DNA of 64,000 nt. It comes from Firmicutes bacterium UBA5286. Lineage in GTDB: Bacteria > Bacillota > Proteinivoracia > UBA4975. Made by a program: the position numbers and the translations under genes. Under the pieces are notes generated by a model that saw nothing but the letters and a program-made list of their open reading frames with translations, was not told the origin of the DNA and searched no databases. The stretch spans positions 1,551 through 65,550 of the forward strand of contig DHSM01000013.1 in the NCBI GenBank assembly GCA_002408465.1, written 5' to 3'. This document shows, piece after piece, positions 8,888 through 17,998 of the stretch; position 1 is the first letter of the stretch; each line of letters opens with the position of its first letter.

Positions 8888-10666
8888 ATGAAAAAGATTT
8901 GCCTTGTTCTGGCGCTATTGCTGTTGGTCGGAGGCTGTAATGTTGCCAGCGTCAGCGAAGAGAGCCCGCTGCCAGTAGTGGGTTCGGCCGAGAATCTGAT
9001 GAAGCTGCTGGAGTCCCGGCAGCAAGTGTATGGGGGATTAGTCAAGTATCGCGCTGCAAATGATGCTGTGGAAGCGACGGCTGCTCAGGATTCGGGCCAT
9101 TCCACTACCAATATTCAGGTCCAGGGCATCGATGAGGGAGATATGGTCAAGACCGACGGCTCCTACTTGTACCACATAGCCGGGAATAAGGTCCTAATTA
9201 CCCGGGCCTGGCCGGCATCCTCCCTGGAGATTGCCCAGGAAATCCAGATGGACGGTTTTTTCCCCAGCACCTTGTATGTAGATGACAAGTACCTGGTGGT
9301 AATCGGGGGACAGACTGAGAAGAGTCCCGAGGCGCCAGAGAACAATGGCTGCTGTTGGCCTTACATGCCTGCAAATACCCGGGTGTTGGTCTATGACCTG
9401 ACTGATAAAGACAATATCCAGTTGAGCAGAGATTTTTCTCTGGATGGTTTTACTGTGACCTCCCGCAAAAAAGATAATTACCTTTACCTGGTCAACAGCC
9501 AGTATACCTTCCGGATTATGGAGGATGGCCAGCCTCAGCTTCCCTGGTACAAAGATTCTGCCGAAGGCGGCGAGGAGACTGTCATCGGCTATGATGAAAT
9601 CTGCTACTTCCCCGATGGGGAAATCAGCGATTATATAATGTTTGCCGCTTTGGATTTGGAGGGGGGCAAACTGGAGGTAGATACCTACCTAGGCTGGGCT
9701 CAGAATATATACATGTCTCATGATTACCTGTATATCGCCCTGACCGAGGGAGATAACTGCGATACCAGCATCTACAGGTTTGCCGTCGACGGAATCAAAA
9801 TGGAGTATAAGGGCAAGGGGACAGTAAGTGGTTACCCCCTCAATCAATTTGCTATGGATGAGCATAAGGGGCACTTCCGCATAGCGACTACCGAGCAACG
9901 GGAAGACGGCCCTGTCAATAATGTCTATGTTTTGGACGAAAAGATGAACGTGGCGGGGGAAATCAGGGGATTGGCCCCAGGGGAGACCATCTATGCTGCA
10001 AGATTCATGGGGGATATGGGTTATTTGGTGACCTTTGAGATGATGGACCCCCTGTTTGCCATCGATCTGTCGAATCCCAAGAAGCCGAAGGTCCTGGGAG
10101 AACTGAAGATCCCAGGCTTCAGCAATTACCTGCATCCCCTGGACGATAAGCATTTGCTGGGAATTGGCCAAGATACCGAAATAAGTGAATTAGAGGGCCG
10201 GGAGTTTGTCATCACCAAGGGGATCAAACTGGCCATCTTTGATGTCAGCGATATTAATAGCCCTAAGGAAGAGCATGCGGTGGTTCTTGGGGACAGCGGC
10301 TCCTGGTCTGAGGCCATGTATGACCATAAGGCAGTTTTCTTCCATAAAGGGGTTCTGGCCGTACCTGCCGGCCTCACTAAGGGTGAAAATTGGGAGGCAA
10401 ATCTTGTTTTTCAGGGGGCACTGTTCTTTGACATTGATGTGGAAAAGGGAATTCAGGAGCTTGGCCGCATCACTCACGACCAAAACGGCAGCCAGGAAAA
10501 TGGGATTTTCTATTGGACCGGGTCCAATGTAAGAAGGATAGTCCAGATAGAGGATGTGTACTATACCATTTCCGATTCCCAGGTCATGGCCCACAATGCC
10601 GATACCTTCAGCAAACTGGCTGAACTTGACCTGCCGGAGATTACTTCGGGAAATCACTGGCGGTAA
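8888..10666 (+). CDS. Secreted lipoprotein with beta-propeller domain (Beta_propel-type)
   Basis: Lipobox LVGGC; STTNIQVQGIDEGDMVKTDG, NQFAMDE..FRIATT, GELKIPGFSNYLHP motifs. Confidence 0.9.
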   Translation: MKKICLVLALLLLVGGCNVASVSEESPLPVVGSAENLMKLLESRQQVYGGLVKYRAANDAVEATAAQDSGHSTTNIQVQGIDEGDMVKTDGSYLYHIAGNKVLITRAWPASSLEIAQEIQMDGFFPSTLYVDDKYLVVIGGQTEKSPEAPENNGCCWPYMPANTRVLVYDLTDKDNIQLSRDFSLDGFTVTSRKKDNYLYLVNSQYTFRIMEDGQPQLPWYKDSAEGGEETVIGYDEICYFPDGEISDYIMFAALDLEGGKLEVDTYLGWAQNIYMSHDYLYIALTEGDNCDTSIYRFAVDGIKMEYKGKGTVSGYPLNQFAMDEHKGHFRIATTEQREDGPVNNVYVLDEKMNVAGEIRGLAPGETIYAARFMGDMGYLVTFEMMDPLFAIDLSNPKKPKVLGELKIPGFSNYLHPLDDKHLLGIGQDTEISELEGREFVITKGIKLAIFDVSDINSPKEEHAVVLGDSGSWSEAMYDHKAVFFHKGVLAVPAGLTKGENWEANLVFQGALFFDIDVEKGIQELGRITHDQNGSQENGIFYWTGSNVRRIVQIEDVYYTISDSQVMAHNADTFSKLAELDLPEITSGNHWR

Positions 10667-10668
10667 AG

Positions 10669-10706
10669 GAAAAGGAGCGCTCTATTGGGAAAGAGCGCTC
10701 CCTTTT
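10669..10706. terminator. Bidirectional terminator
   Basis: aaaaggagcgctct..agagcgctcccttt between convergent genes. Confidence 0.75.
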
Positions 10707-10707
10707 G

Positions 10708-10998
10708 CTAGTTTTTTAGAAATTTGAACTGCTTGCTGCCCCAGAAGCTTCTGCCGTAATCCAGGGTAATATTGTGGAAATAAGGCTTGTTGTGTTCGCT
10801 GAGGACAAAGGTTACACCCTGATCGGCCTTGATTAATTCATCATCCGGTTGAGCTGACTCTTCCAGAGCCAGTTGATACTGAGGGCCGCCTCAGCCGGCG
10901 GTGACATGGAGGCGAATGAGACTGGTTTCCAGGCTCTTGCCCATGGATTCTACTTGCGATTTTAGGGCTTCTGCCGCAGCAGGAGTTAATTGAATCAT
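10708..10998 (-). CDS. HesB/IscA-like selenoprotein (Sec at codon 36)
   Basis: RBS agaggtg, ATG 10998; MIQLTPAAAEALK..IRLHVTAG-TGA-GGPQYQLALEES..ITLDYGRSFWG; in-frame TGA at 10891-10893 in a GUGGP motif; SECIS-like hairpin CTGGCTCT-GGA-AGAGTCAG at 10854-10872. Confidence 0.85.
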
Positions 10999-11017
10999 AT
11001 AATCACCTCTCCATTAT

Positions 11018-11081
11018 ACATACCATATAGGGGTATATGGTATGTTGGATAAATTATAACTCCTGTTTTTAGGTTTGTCAA
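11018..11081 (-). promoter_or_regulatory. SigA promoter plus 12-bp inverted-repeat operator (CsoR/CstR-like)
   Basis: Minus-strand TTGACA (11076-11081)-17 nt-TATAAT (11053-11058); acataccatata-gggg-tatatggtatgt at 11018-11045. Confidence 0.75.
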
Positions 11082-11083
11082 GC

Positions 11084-12592
11084 TTAATGGCTGCCAAAAC
11101 GGGGGGGCCGGGGACGGGTGGTGGTTTTTACACCTGCCAGCTCTGAGAACAGGCAGGCCACTTCATCCATGGGATGTGCTCCCAGCAGCAGCAAGGTCTC
11201 CCCTGGATCCATGCTCTCTACGGCTAGACTGACCGCTTGCCGCAAAGTATCTTTAAAATGAACATCTGCGTCCAGTCCAGCCAACTCGCTGCGGAAGACC
11301 TCCTCCTCCTGAGGGAGGACTGTATCCAGGGGGCTGGCTGTGTCTGTGCAGTTGGTGATGATCAGGTGCTGGGGTTTTATTTTTTTTGCCCAATTGGCCA
11401 GGGTGGAGGCTATGGCTTGGTTTATGTGGACTCCACGGCTGCCGCGGATGGCGTAGACCACCGATACCCCTGGCGGATTCTCTGCCATTATGGCCCTGAA
11501 TACTGCATCCATATTGGAAGGATTGTGGGCGGCATCGTCAATAACTTTGTATTTGTCATTATAGATAACCTCAAAACGGCGGAAAATCCCCTGATATTTT
11601 CCCAGTCCCGCGGAAATGGCAGCAGCATCAATGCCCAGGGCCAAAGCGGCAGTTGCCGCCAGCAGGGCATTGGCCAGGTTGTGGCGGCCCGGGAGCCTCA
11701 GGGTAAAAGTAATCTGCCCTGGCTGCACCGGAATGTCTAGGGTGTTTACTTTAATGGTGACAACTCCTCCCGAATCCCGGGGCTGATAGTCAGCCAAAAA
11801 AATATCTGCTATGGGATTAGCAAGGGAGTAGCTGAGGCGGCGGGCGCCGGTGTCACCGGCAATTCCTTGGCAGCTGGGGTCATCTAAGTTGACCACGGCA
11901 AAGCCATCTGCCGGCAGCATGTCAAAGAAGCGTTTTTTCGCCGCCCTGTACTCGGCCATGCTTTGATGCAGGTCCAGGTGGTCGGGGCTAAAATTTGTGA
12001 TTGCCCCCACAGAGAATTTGGTGAAGTCCACCCGGTACATGACCATGGCATGGGAGGACACCTCCATGGAGGCATGGGTGACCCCGGCATCGGCCATATC
12101 CCGCAGCAGCCGCTGGCAGAGGATGCTGTCCGGGGTAGTATTGGCAGTGGGCAGGATTATATCTTTCACTTTATTATACAGGGTGCCAATCAGTCCTGTG
12201 TGTAGGCCGGCGGCCTGAAAGATTGCCTCCAGCATAAAGGTGCTTGTGGTCTTGCCATTGGTGCCCGTGATCCCTGCCAGTTTTAATTTCCGGGAAGGAT
12301 TCCCATAAAATTCTGCCGCCAATTTTGCCTGCGCCTGCCTGGTGTTGTTGACAATAAATTGGGGGACAGAAATCCCCGGGGTGTGACGCTGGGCTACGAC
12401 CGCTATGGCCCCGGCTTTGACGGCAGCTGGAATATAGCGGTGGCCGTCAACTTTATATCCCGGCACAGCAACAAAAACTGCCCCGGGTTTGACCAGCCTC
12501 GAATCATTAGTTAAGTCCAGGACAGGCAGTTGGGAAGAGACACCGGGAAAGTCGATTGTCCGTAATAATTTGTCCAGGGTCATCTGTTTCAT
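11084..12592 (-). CDS. Mur ligase, MurE-like paralog
   Basis: DSRLVKPGAVFVAVPG..DGH, GITGTNGKTT, TTPD, MEVSSH, TNFSPDHLDLH, RRFEVI; likely ATG at 12592. Confidence 0.85.
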   Translation of the reverse strand: MKQMTLDKLLRTIDFPGVSSQLPVLDLTNDSRLVKPGAVFVAVPGYKVDGHRYIPAAVKAGAIAVVAQRHTPGISVPQFIVNNTRQAQAKLAAEFYGNPSRKLKLAGITGTNGKTTSTFMLEAIFQAAGLHTGLIGTLYNKVKDIILPTANTTPDSILCQRLLRDMADAGVTHASMEVSSHAMVMYRVDFTKFSVGAITNFSPDHLDLHQSMAEYRAAKKRFFDMLPADGFAVVNLDDPSCQGIAGDTGARRLSYSLANPIADIFLADYQPRDSGGVVTIKVNTLDIPVQPGQITFTLRLPGRHNLANALLAATAALALGIDAAAISAGLGKYQGIFRRFEVIYNDKYKVIDDAAHNPSNMDAVFRAIMAENPPGVSVVYAIRGSRGVHINQAIASTLANWAKKIKPQHLIITNCTDTASPLDTVLPQEEEVFRSELAGLDADVHFKDTLRQAVSLAVESMDPGETLLLLGAHPMDEVACLFSELAGVKTTTRPRPPRFGSH

Positions 12593-12748
12593 ATAATAGC
12601 CATCCTTAAATATTGCTTTATTATAAATTTCCCCGCGGAGGTAAAAGCTATGCCGGCCAAATACAGGCAACCAGGTTCCAGAAAATAGAGGGAGGAATTT
12701 TGGGCCGGAGTAGCGAAAATATGCGAAGCGGTTTCTGGAGGTGACAAC

Positions 12749-13492
12749 ATGCCAATAGTTGAATTTCAAAACATTTTTTTACGGAAAAAAGACGAGAAAG
12801 GTAATGAAGTAGAAATTCTCCGGGACTTGAGTTTTGCAGTTGAGCCTGGCGCGGTATATGCGCTGGCTGGCCCCTCGGGATCCGGGAAGAGCAGTGCCCT
12901 GCGCCTGATTAACCGTCTGGATGATTACAGTGATGGTCAGATTTATATTGCTGGTCAAGAGGTTAAAGCTTGGGACATCAGAGAATTAAGGGAAAAGGTC
13001 GGCTTTATGTTTCAGGAGGCCGCCCTCTTTCAAGGCAGCGTCATGGAAAACTTGCTCTACGGACCTTGCCTTCGGGGATTGAAAAAATGCAAATCTGAGC
13101 CCACCGCCTTGGAACTTCTTGATAAAGTAGGGCTGCCTGCGGAATTGCTGCGCCGCAATGTTGAATCCCTTTCTGGCGGGCAGAAACAGCGGGTCAACCT
13201 GGCAAGAACCCTTGCCTTGGATCCGGATATTATCTTAATGGATGAGCCTACTTCCTCCCTGGACCCTGCAGCGGCCAACACAATTGAGAACTTGATACAG
13301 GAGCTCAATCAGCAGGGCAAAACATTTATCCTGGTCAGCCACAATTTTGAGCAGATAGAGCGGATTGCCGCAGCCTGTACGATTTTGCAGGCTGGCAGGG
13401 GGATTTTTTCCGGGACGCCAAGAGAACTGTTTTCAGACCAGAGTATGGCCAAGCTTCTGATGAATGGGAAGGGGGCTAAGGTTGATGAATGA
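12749..13492 (+). CDS. ABC ATP-binding protein (FetA/YbbL-like)
   Basis: GPSGSGKS, LSGGQKQR, ILMDEPT; upstream of FetB-like permease. Confidence 0.85.
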   Translation: MPIVEFQNIFLRKKDEKGNEVEILRDLSFAVEPGAVYALAGPSGSGKSSALRLINRLDDYSDGQIYIAGQEVKAWDIRELREKVGFMFQEAALFQGSVMENLLYGPCLRGLKKCKSEPTALELLDKVGLPAELLRRNVESLSGGQKQRVNLARTLALDPDIILMDEPTSSLDPAAANTIENLIQELNQQGKTFILVSHNFEQIERIAAACTILQAGRGIFSGTPRELFSDQSMAKLLMNGKGAKVDE

Positions 13493-14249
13493 GATAAGTA
13501 CTGTCCAGGTTCTGCTGTCCCTGATCTTTGTTGCAGGCGCTTTGTATTTTTCTAACCTGTTCAAAGTCAAAATGGGCAAGGATATTGTCATTGCAGCGGT
13601 GCGGGCCTTTGTGCAGCTGCTGGCCATTGGCTATGTTTTGACCATTATCTTTGATTTGGATTCGCCAATCACTATTATCTTGATGATGGTGGTGATGGCC
13701 GGAGCAGCTTCCTATAATGCGGGGAAAAGGGGGGCCAAGGTTCGAAACTCTTACCGCATCAGTTCCATTGCCATTTTTGCCACCACTTTAATCACTATTT
13801 TGGTGCTGGCTGGATTTGGGATTATTCCTTTCAAGGCTCAATATATTATTCCGGTGTCAGGCATGGTCATAGGCAATGTAATGAACGCGGCGTCTCTGGC
13901 TCTAATGCGGCTGGACGATGAACTCAAGGCTAACCGGATTAAAGTAGAGGCCGCTTTGTCCCTGGGGGCCAGTCCAATCCAGGCTGCTTCTCCAGCCCTG
14001 AAAAAATCGGTGACCACTGCTATGATCCCTGTGGTTGATCGTGCCAAGGTGGTAGGCTTGGTCAGCCTGCCTGGCGGGATGAGTGGTATGATTTTAGCAG
14101 GGGCTTCCCCTTTATCAGCGGTTAAGTTCCAGATTGTGATAATGTATATGTTGTTGGGCAGTCCGTTCTTGACGGTGGCCATCGTCAATTTGCTGGCTTA
14201 CCGGCAATATTTCAACCAACAGCGTCAGCTCCTTATAGACCTTGATTAA
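13485..14249 (+). CDS. fetB: ABC permease FetB/YbbM (UPF0014)
   Basis: RAFVQLLAIGYVL, YIIPVSGMVIGN, GLVSLPGGMSGMILAG..AVKFQIVI. Confidence 0.85.
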   Translation: MNEISTVQVLLSLIFVAGALYFSNLFKVKMGKDIVIAAVRAFVQLLAIGYVLTIIFDLDSPITIILMMVVMAGAASYNAGKRGAKVRNSYRISSIAIFATTLITILVLAGFGIIPFKAQYIIPVSGMVIGNVMNAASLALMRLDDELKANRIKVEAALSLGASPIQAASPALKKSVTTAMIPVVDRAKVVGLVSLPGGMSGMILAGASPLSAVKFQIVIMYMLLGSPFLTVAIVNLLAYRQYFNQQRQLLIDLD

Positions 14250-14329
14250 GCCGGGATATCCCCGGTTTTTCCTTTGTAAGGAGGAAAAACGCTTGGGTTG
14301 GTCAAATAAATGGACAGGAGGTGTTTGCC

Positions 14330-15931
14330 ATGGCCCGAATTATTCCTGAGCTTAATCCGGATTTAATTGAGAATGAGGGTGAGCGCCGGGTGTACATGGC
14401 TGCCCGGGATTTGCCGGGAGACTATACCGTCATCTATGGCTACAAATTCTGCGACCAGGTTACCGGGGCAGTCATCTGGCAGGCTGACCTGATCATTGTC
14501 CACCCGTTTAAGGGCTATATCGTCCTGAAAATTTACCTTGGGGAAGTTGGCTTTTTTAACGGGCGCTGGCATGAATTTATTCAGGGGGGATACCGGGAAA
14601 TGAAACGGGACCCCTTGGATGAGGCCCGTGCAGCAGCCTATGCCATTGCCCGCAGCTATAAGGAGAAGACTGGCTGGACCTTTCCCCTGGGCTTTGACTT
14701 CGGCCTGTGTTTCCCCGAGTGCAGCAACATCGAGGGACAACTGCCGGGTATTGTCAGGCCGGCGAATCTCCTGGTCAGCCGGGATATGGAGACCTTTGCT
14801 GCCCGCATCGGCCAGATTTTTGCTACCTTGCGGACGGGACGGGATGCTGCTGCCTGCAATCGGCTGGCGGAGCATATTCTCACCGCCAACTTTCGCCTGT
14901 ACAACACCCTGGAGGAGCAGATACGTTCTTTTGCCCACAGGGCTCAGCTTACTTTTACTCAGGAGCAGGAGCGGATTCTGGAGGAGACAGAATTGAACAA
15001 GCGCATGGTTTTCTACGGCGCCGCCGGCACCGGCAAGACCATGATTGCAGTAGAGAAGGCCCGCCGGTTGGCGGAGGCGGGGAAAAAGACTATGCTGACC
15101 TGCTTTAACAAAAATCTGGCCAGCCAGTTTCCCGTCGATGTGGAAAATCTCACTGCCCGCCATTTCCACGGCTTGCTGGAGCGGCTGACGGGCCTCACTC
15201 CTCCGGATCGCCAGGATTACGATGATTATTTTGAGCATACCCTGCCGGAGGGGGGTTACACCCTGTTTTCCCAGCTTCCTCAGGAGCAGAAGTACGATGC
15301 CATAGTAGTGGATGAGGGCCAGGACTTCCGCCCTCACTGGTTTCGGTGCCTGCAGGCAATGGTCAAAGAGGATGGAGAGTTTTATGTTTTTGCCGACAGC
15401 AGCCAAAATATCTTTCAGGTAGATCCTTCCGGATTAGAGGCGCTGCCGGCTTCCCGGTTCCGGCTGACTGTGAATTTGCGCAACACTACTTCTGTCTGCC
15501 AGCGCTGGATTGCCCCCTTAAGCGGGGCCAAGATGCGCCTGGGCCTTAAAGACACTGGCGAGGTGCATTTCCATGCTTGGAATACCGACAGTCATCAGTT
15601 GCGGCTATTGGAAAAAGAGGTGGCCCGCCTGCTGGCGCGAAAGATACAGCCACGGAGGATTACCATTCTCTCACCTAACCGCCGGGAAAAGAGCTGCCTG
15701 GCAGGGGTAGACAGCCTCGGGGGCTGCCCCTTGGGAGAAGTGGGGGATCCCCGTGCTGACGCTCTCAGGTTCAGCACCATCCGGGCCTTTAAAGGACTGG
15801 AAGCGGATGTGGTCTTGCTGATTGGAGTGCGCCCCGACAGCCCTGTATGCAGCCGCCCTGATTTATACGTTGGTGGATCCAGGGCCAGGTACATCTTGCA
15901 CATTTTCCATCGCGGTGACTGGAAGCTTTAG
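14330..15931 (+). CDS. NERD-like domain + SF1 helicase fusion
   Basis: GERRVY..ADLIIVHP N-terminal NERD-like region; GAAGTGKT, VVDEGQDF, DSSQNIF, NLRNT, STIRAFKGLEAD, YVGGSRAR. Confidence 0.85.
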   Translation: MARIIPELNPDLIENEGERRVYMAARDLPGDYTVIYGYKFCDQVTGAVIWQADLIIVHPFKGYIVLKIYLGEVGFFNGRWHEFIQGGYREMKRDPLDEARAAAYAIARSYKEKTGWTFPLGFDFGLCFPECSNIEGQLPGIVRPANLLVSRDMETFAARIGQIFATLRTGRDAAACNRLAEHILTANFRLYNTLEEQIRSFAHRAQLTFTQEQERILEETELNKRMVFYGAAGTGKTMIAVEKARRLAEAGKKTMLTCFNKNLASQFPVDVENLTARHFHGLLERLTGLTPPDRQDYDDYFEHTLPEGGYTLFSQLPQEQKYDAIVVDEGQDFRPHWFRCLQAMVKEDGEFYVFADSSQNIFQVDPSGLEALPASRFRLTVNLRNTTSVCQRWIAPLSGAKMRLGLKDTGEVHFHAWNTDSHQLRLLEKEVARLLARKIQPRRITILSPNRREKSCLAGVDSLGGCPLGEVGDPRADALRFSTIRAFKGLEADVVLLIGVRPDSPVCSRPDLYVGGSRARYILHIFHRGDWKL

Positions 15932-15960
15932 TCCAATTCATTGTAAAGGAGGTGACAGTC

Positions 15961-16221
15961 ATGGTTGAATCAAGATGCGGCTTGCTGTGCAGCCAGTGCT
16001 CTTACAGAGAGTCCGCCAATTGTCCCGGCTGCCTGCACACAGAAAAACTGTTTTGGGGAGAATGTCACATAAAGAATTGTTGTGAAGACAGGAAAATCGC
16101 TCATTGCGGCCAGTGCCCGGACTTTTCTTGCTCCCCCTTAAAGGAATTCTCCTATGACAAGGAGCATGGCGACCAGGGAGCCAGGATTGAACAGTGCAAA
16201 AAATGGTTTGAGGCAGAATAG
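15961..16221 (+). CDS. Small Cys-rich protein (DUF3795-like)
   Basis: SRCGLLCSQC..CPGC..CHIKNCC..HCGQCPDFSC pattern. Confidence 0.8.
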   Translation: MVESRCGLLCSQCSYRESANCPGCLHTEKLFWGECHIKNCCEDRKIAHCGQCPDFSCSPLKEFSYDKEHGDQGARIEQCKKWFEAE

Positions 16222-16316
16222 CCGTCAGCGTTGATTGAGTTTGGTGAAGTATATTTGCCAAGAATTTGGTCATAACTACTTTTCATCCATAGTTATCCAA
16301 GTTTTTGGAGGTGGAT

Positions 16317-17924
16317 ATGTTTAAAAAGATCATCATCTTCTTAGTAATTACTGTCTTGATTGCCCTAGGGACAACCGGCTGCGAGACCAAAAAATCCAGT
16401 GGCTGTCTTGAGCGGGCTTTGCTCGGGGAGCCCGGCATGCTTAACCCGCTTTTGGTCAGCGAGGAGTGTCCTGTGAGCGCGTATATCTTTCAGGGCCTGG
16501 TCCGCTATGACGAACATTTGCGGCTTGTGGGCCAACTGGCCGAGAGCTGGGAGGTCAGCCCTGACAACCGGGAATGGACCTTCTTCCTAAGGCCGGATGT
16601 ATGCTGGCATGATGGGGAACCCTTTACCGCTCGTGACGTTGAATTTACCTTTGCAGTCAAGGCCTTTGACAAGAGCTTCTCTGGTCCCAAAGATAAGGAC
16701 TTGGCCCAGATTGAGGCCATTGAGGTCTTGGATGACTACAGCATCAAATTTATCTTGGCTCCAGAGCATGATTTCTCAATGGGGAAAATGTGTCTGGGTA
16801 TTTTGCCCCGTCATCTTTTTGACCCTCAGATTGCTATGGGCCGGGACAAGGTCCCCATTGGCCACATGGCCGAGCATCCCCGGAACTGGCGGCCTGTGGG
16901 CACAGGGCCCTATCGCTTCGCGGACCGGCAGGACCAGTGCATCACTTTGGAACGCAACGACTATTATTATGATGGGGACTGTCCCTTTATCCAGACGATA
17001 AAATTCAATTTCTATTCAGATTTTGACACTGCCCTGTCGGCCCTGGCTGCCGGCAAGGTAGATCTGCTAGAAGACATTACTCCTGCGCAAATGGAGACAG
17101 TCCCCGACCTGACCCAGACCCATGAGTATTACGCTTGTCAGGAAATGGGCTGCCAAGTCCTGGCCTTTAACTTTCGGCCCCAGGCCTTTGGCCCAGACCG
17201 AGAAAATCCCTGGCAGGACCGCAGAGTCCGCCAGGCGGTGGCTTGGGCCATCGACCGGGAGAGAATTATTGCCGAGCTTTTGGGGGGCAGGGGTGTCCAG
17301 ATGGACAGCACAGTGCCGCCTGAATCCTGGGCCTATTCTCCGGAGCTTGTTACCTATGCCCAGGATCTGGCCCGGGCAGGACAACTTTTGGATCAGGCAG
17401 GCTGGCCGGAGAAATTGGACGGCTGGCGGTACAGCGAGGGCAAGAGGCTTTCTTTTCAGCTGACACTCAGGGAAGATAACCCTTTTCATGGGGAAATCGC
17501 CGCCATGGTAAAGGAAGATTTGGCCCAGGTGGGTATTGAAGTAAAGCTTAATCCCCGGGCCTGGAGAGAGCTGCTCCTTGGCTGTATAGATGCGGGGGAC
17601 TTTGAGATGGCCCTCATGGGCCTCAGTCTGGATCCCGACCCTGATGCCACTGTCTATTTCCGCTCCGATTCCATCAGCCGAGGCATGAATTTTGGGGCGT
17701 ATACAAGCCCTGCCATGGATGCCATCCTCCAACTGGATGGCGGACCAGGCAAAGCCGAAACCAACCTACGGGTTTATGCCGAGATGCAGAAGCTCATGTC
17801 CCATGACCTCCCCTTTGTGTTTTTGTTTTCACCTGCCCGCACAGCCATAGCCAGCAAAAGCTTGAAGGGCATTGTCCCTTCACCCTTGGGACTGTGCTGG
17901 CCGGAGCGCTGGTATTTTGATTGA
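16317..17924 (+). CDS. Oligopeptide ABC substrate-binding lipoprotein (OppA/AppA family)
   Basis: Lipobox TTGC; LAESWEVS, WHDGEPFTARDVEFT, PVGTGPY, DRRVRQAV..IDRE. Confidence 0.9.
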   Translation: MFKKIIIFLVITVLIALGTTGCETKKSSGCLERALLGEPGMLNPLLVSEECPVSAYIFQGLVRYDEHLRLVGQLAESWEVSPDNREWTFFLRPDVCWHDGEPFTARDVEFTFAVKAFDKSFSGPKDKDLAQIEAIEVLDDYSIKFILAPEHDFSMGKMCLGILPRHLFDPQIAMGRDKVPIGHMAEHPRNWRPVGTGPYRFADRQDQCITLERNDYYYDGDCPFIQTIKFNFYSDFDTALSALAAGKVDLLEDITPAQMETVPDLTQTHEYYACQEMGCQVLAFNFRPQAFGPDRENPWQDRRVRQAVAWAIDRERIIAELLGGRGVQMDSTVPPESWAYSPELVTYAQDLARAGQLLDQAGWPEKLDGWRYSEGKRLSFQLTLREDNPFHGEIAAMVKEDLAQVGIEVKLNPRAWRELLLGCIDAGDFEMALMGLSLDPDPDATVYFRSDSISRGMNFGAYTSPAMDAILQLDGGPGKAETNLRVYAEMQKLMSHDLPFVFLFSPARTAIASKSLKGIVPSPLGLCWPERWYFD

Positions 17925-17958
17925 TTAGGAAAAAACTCCCTGCGGGGAGTTTTATTTT

Positions 17959-17979
17959 CGAACGTTAGTTTGGTATAAT
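17959..17979 (+). promoter_or_regulatory. LexA (SOS/Cheo) box adjacent to extended -10 of dinB
   Basis: CGAAC-GTTA-GTTTG (17959-17972) versus Bacillota consensus CGAAC-N4-GTTCG; TGgTATAAT at 17971-17979. Confidence 0.8.
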
Positions 17980-17998
17980 GAGGCCAGGGGGTGAGGGA

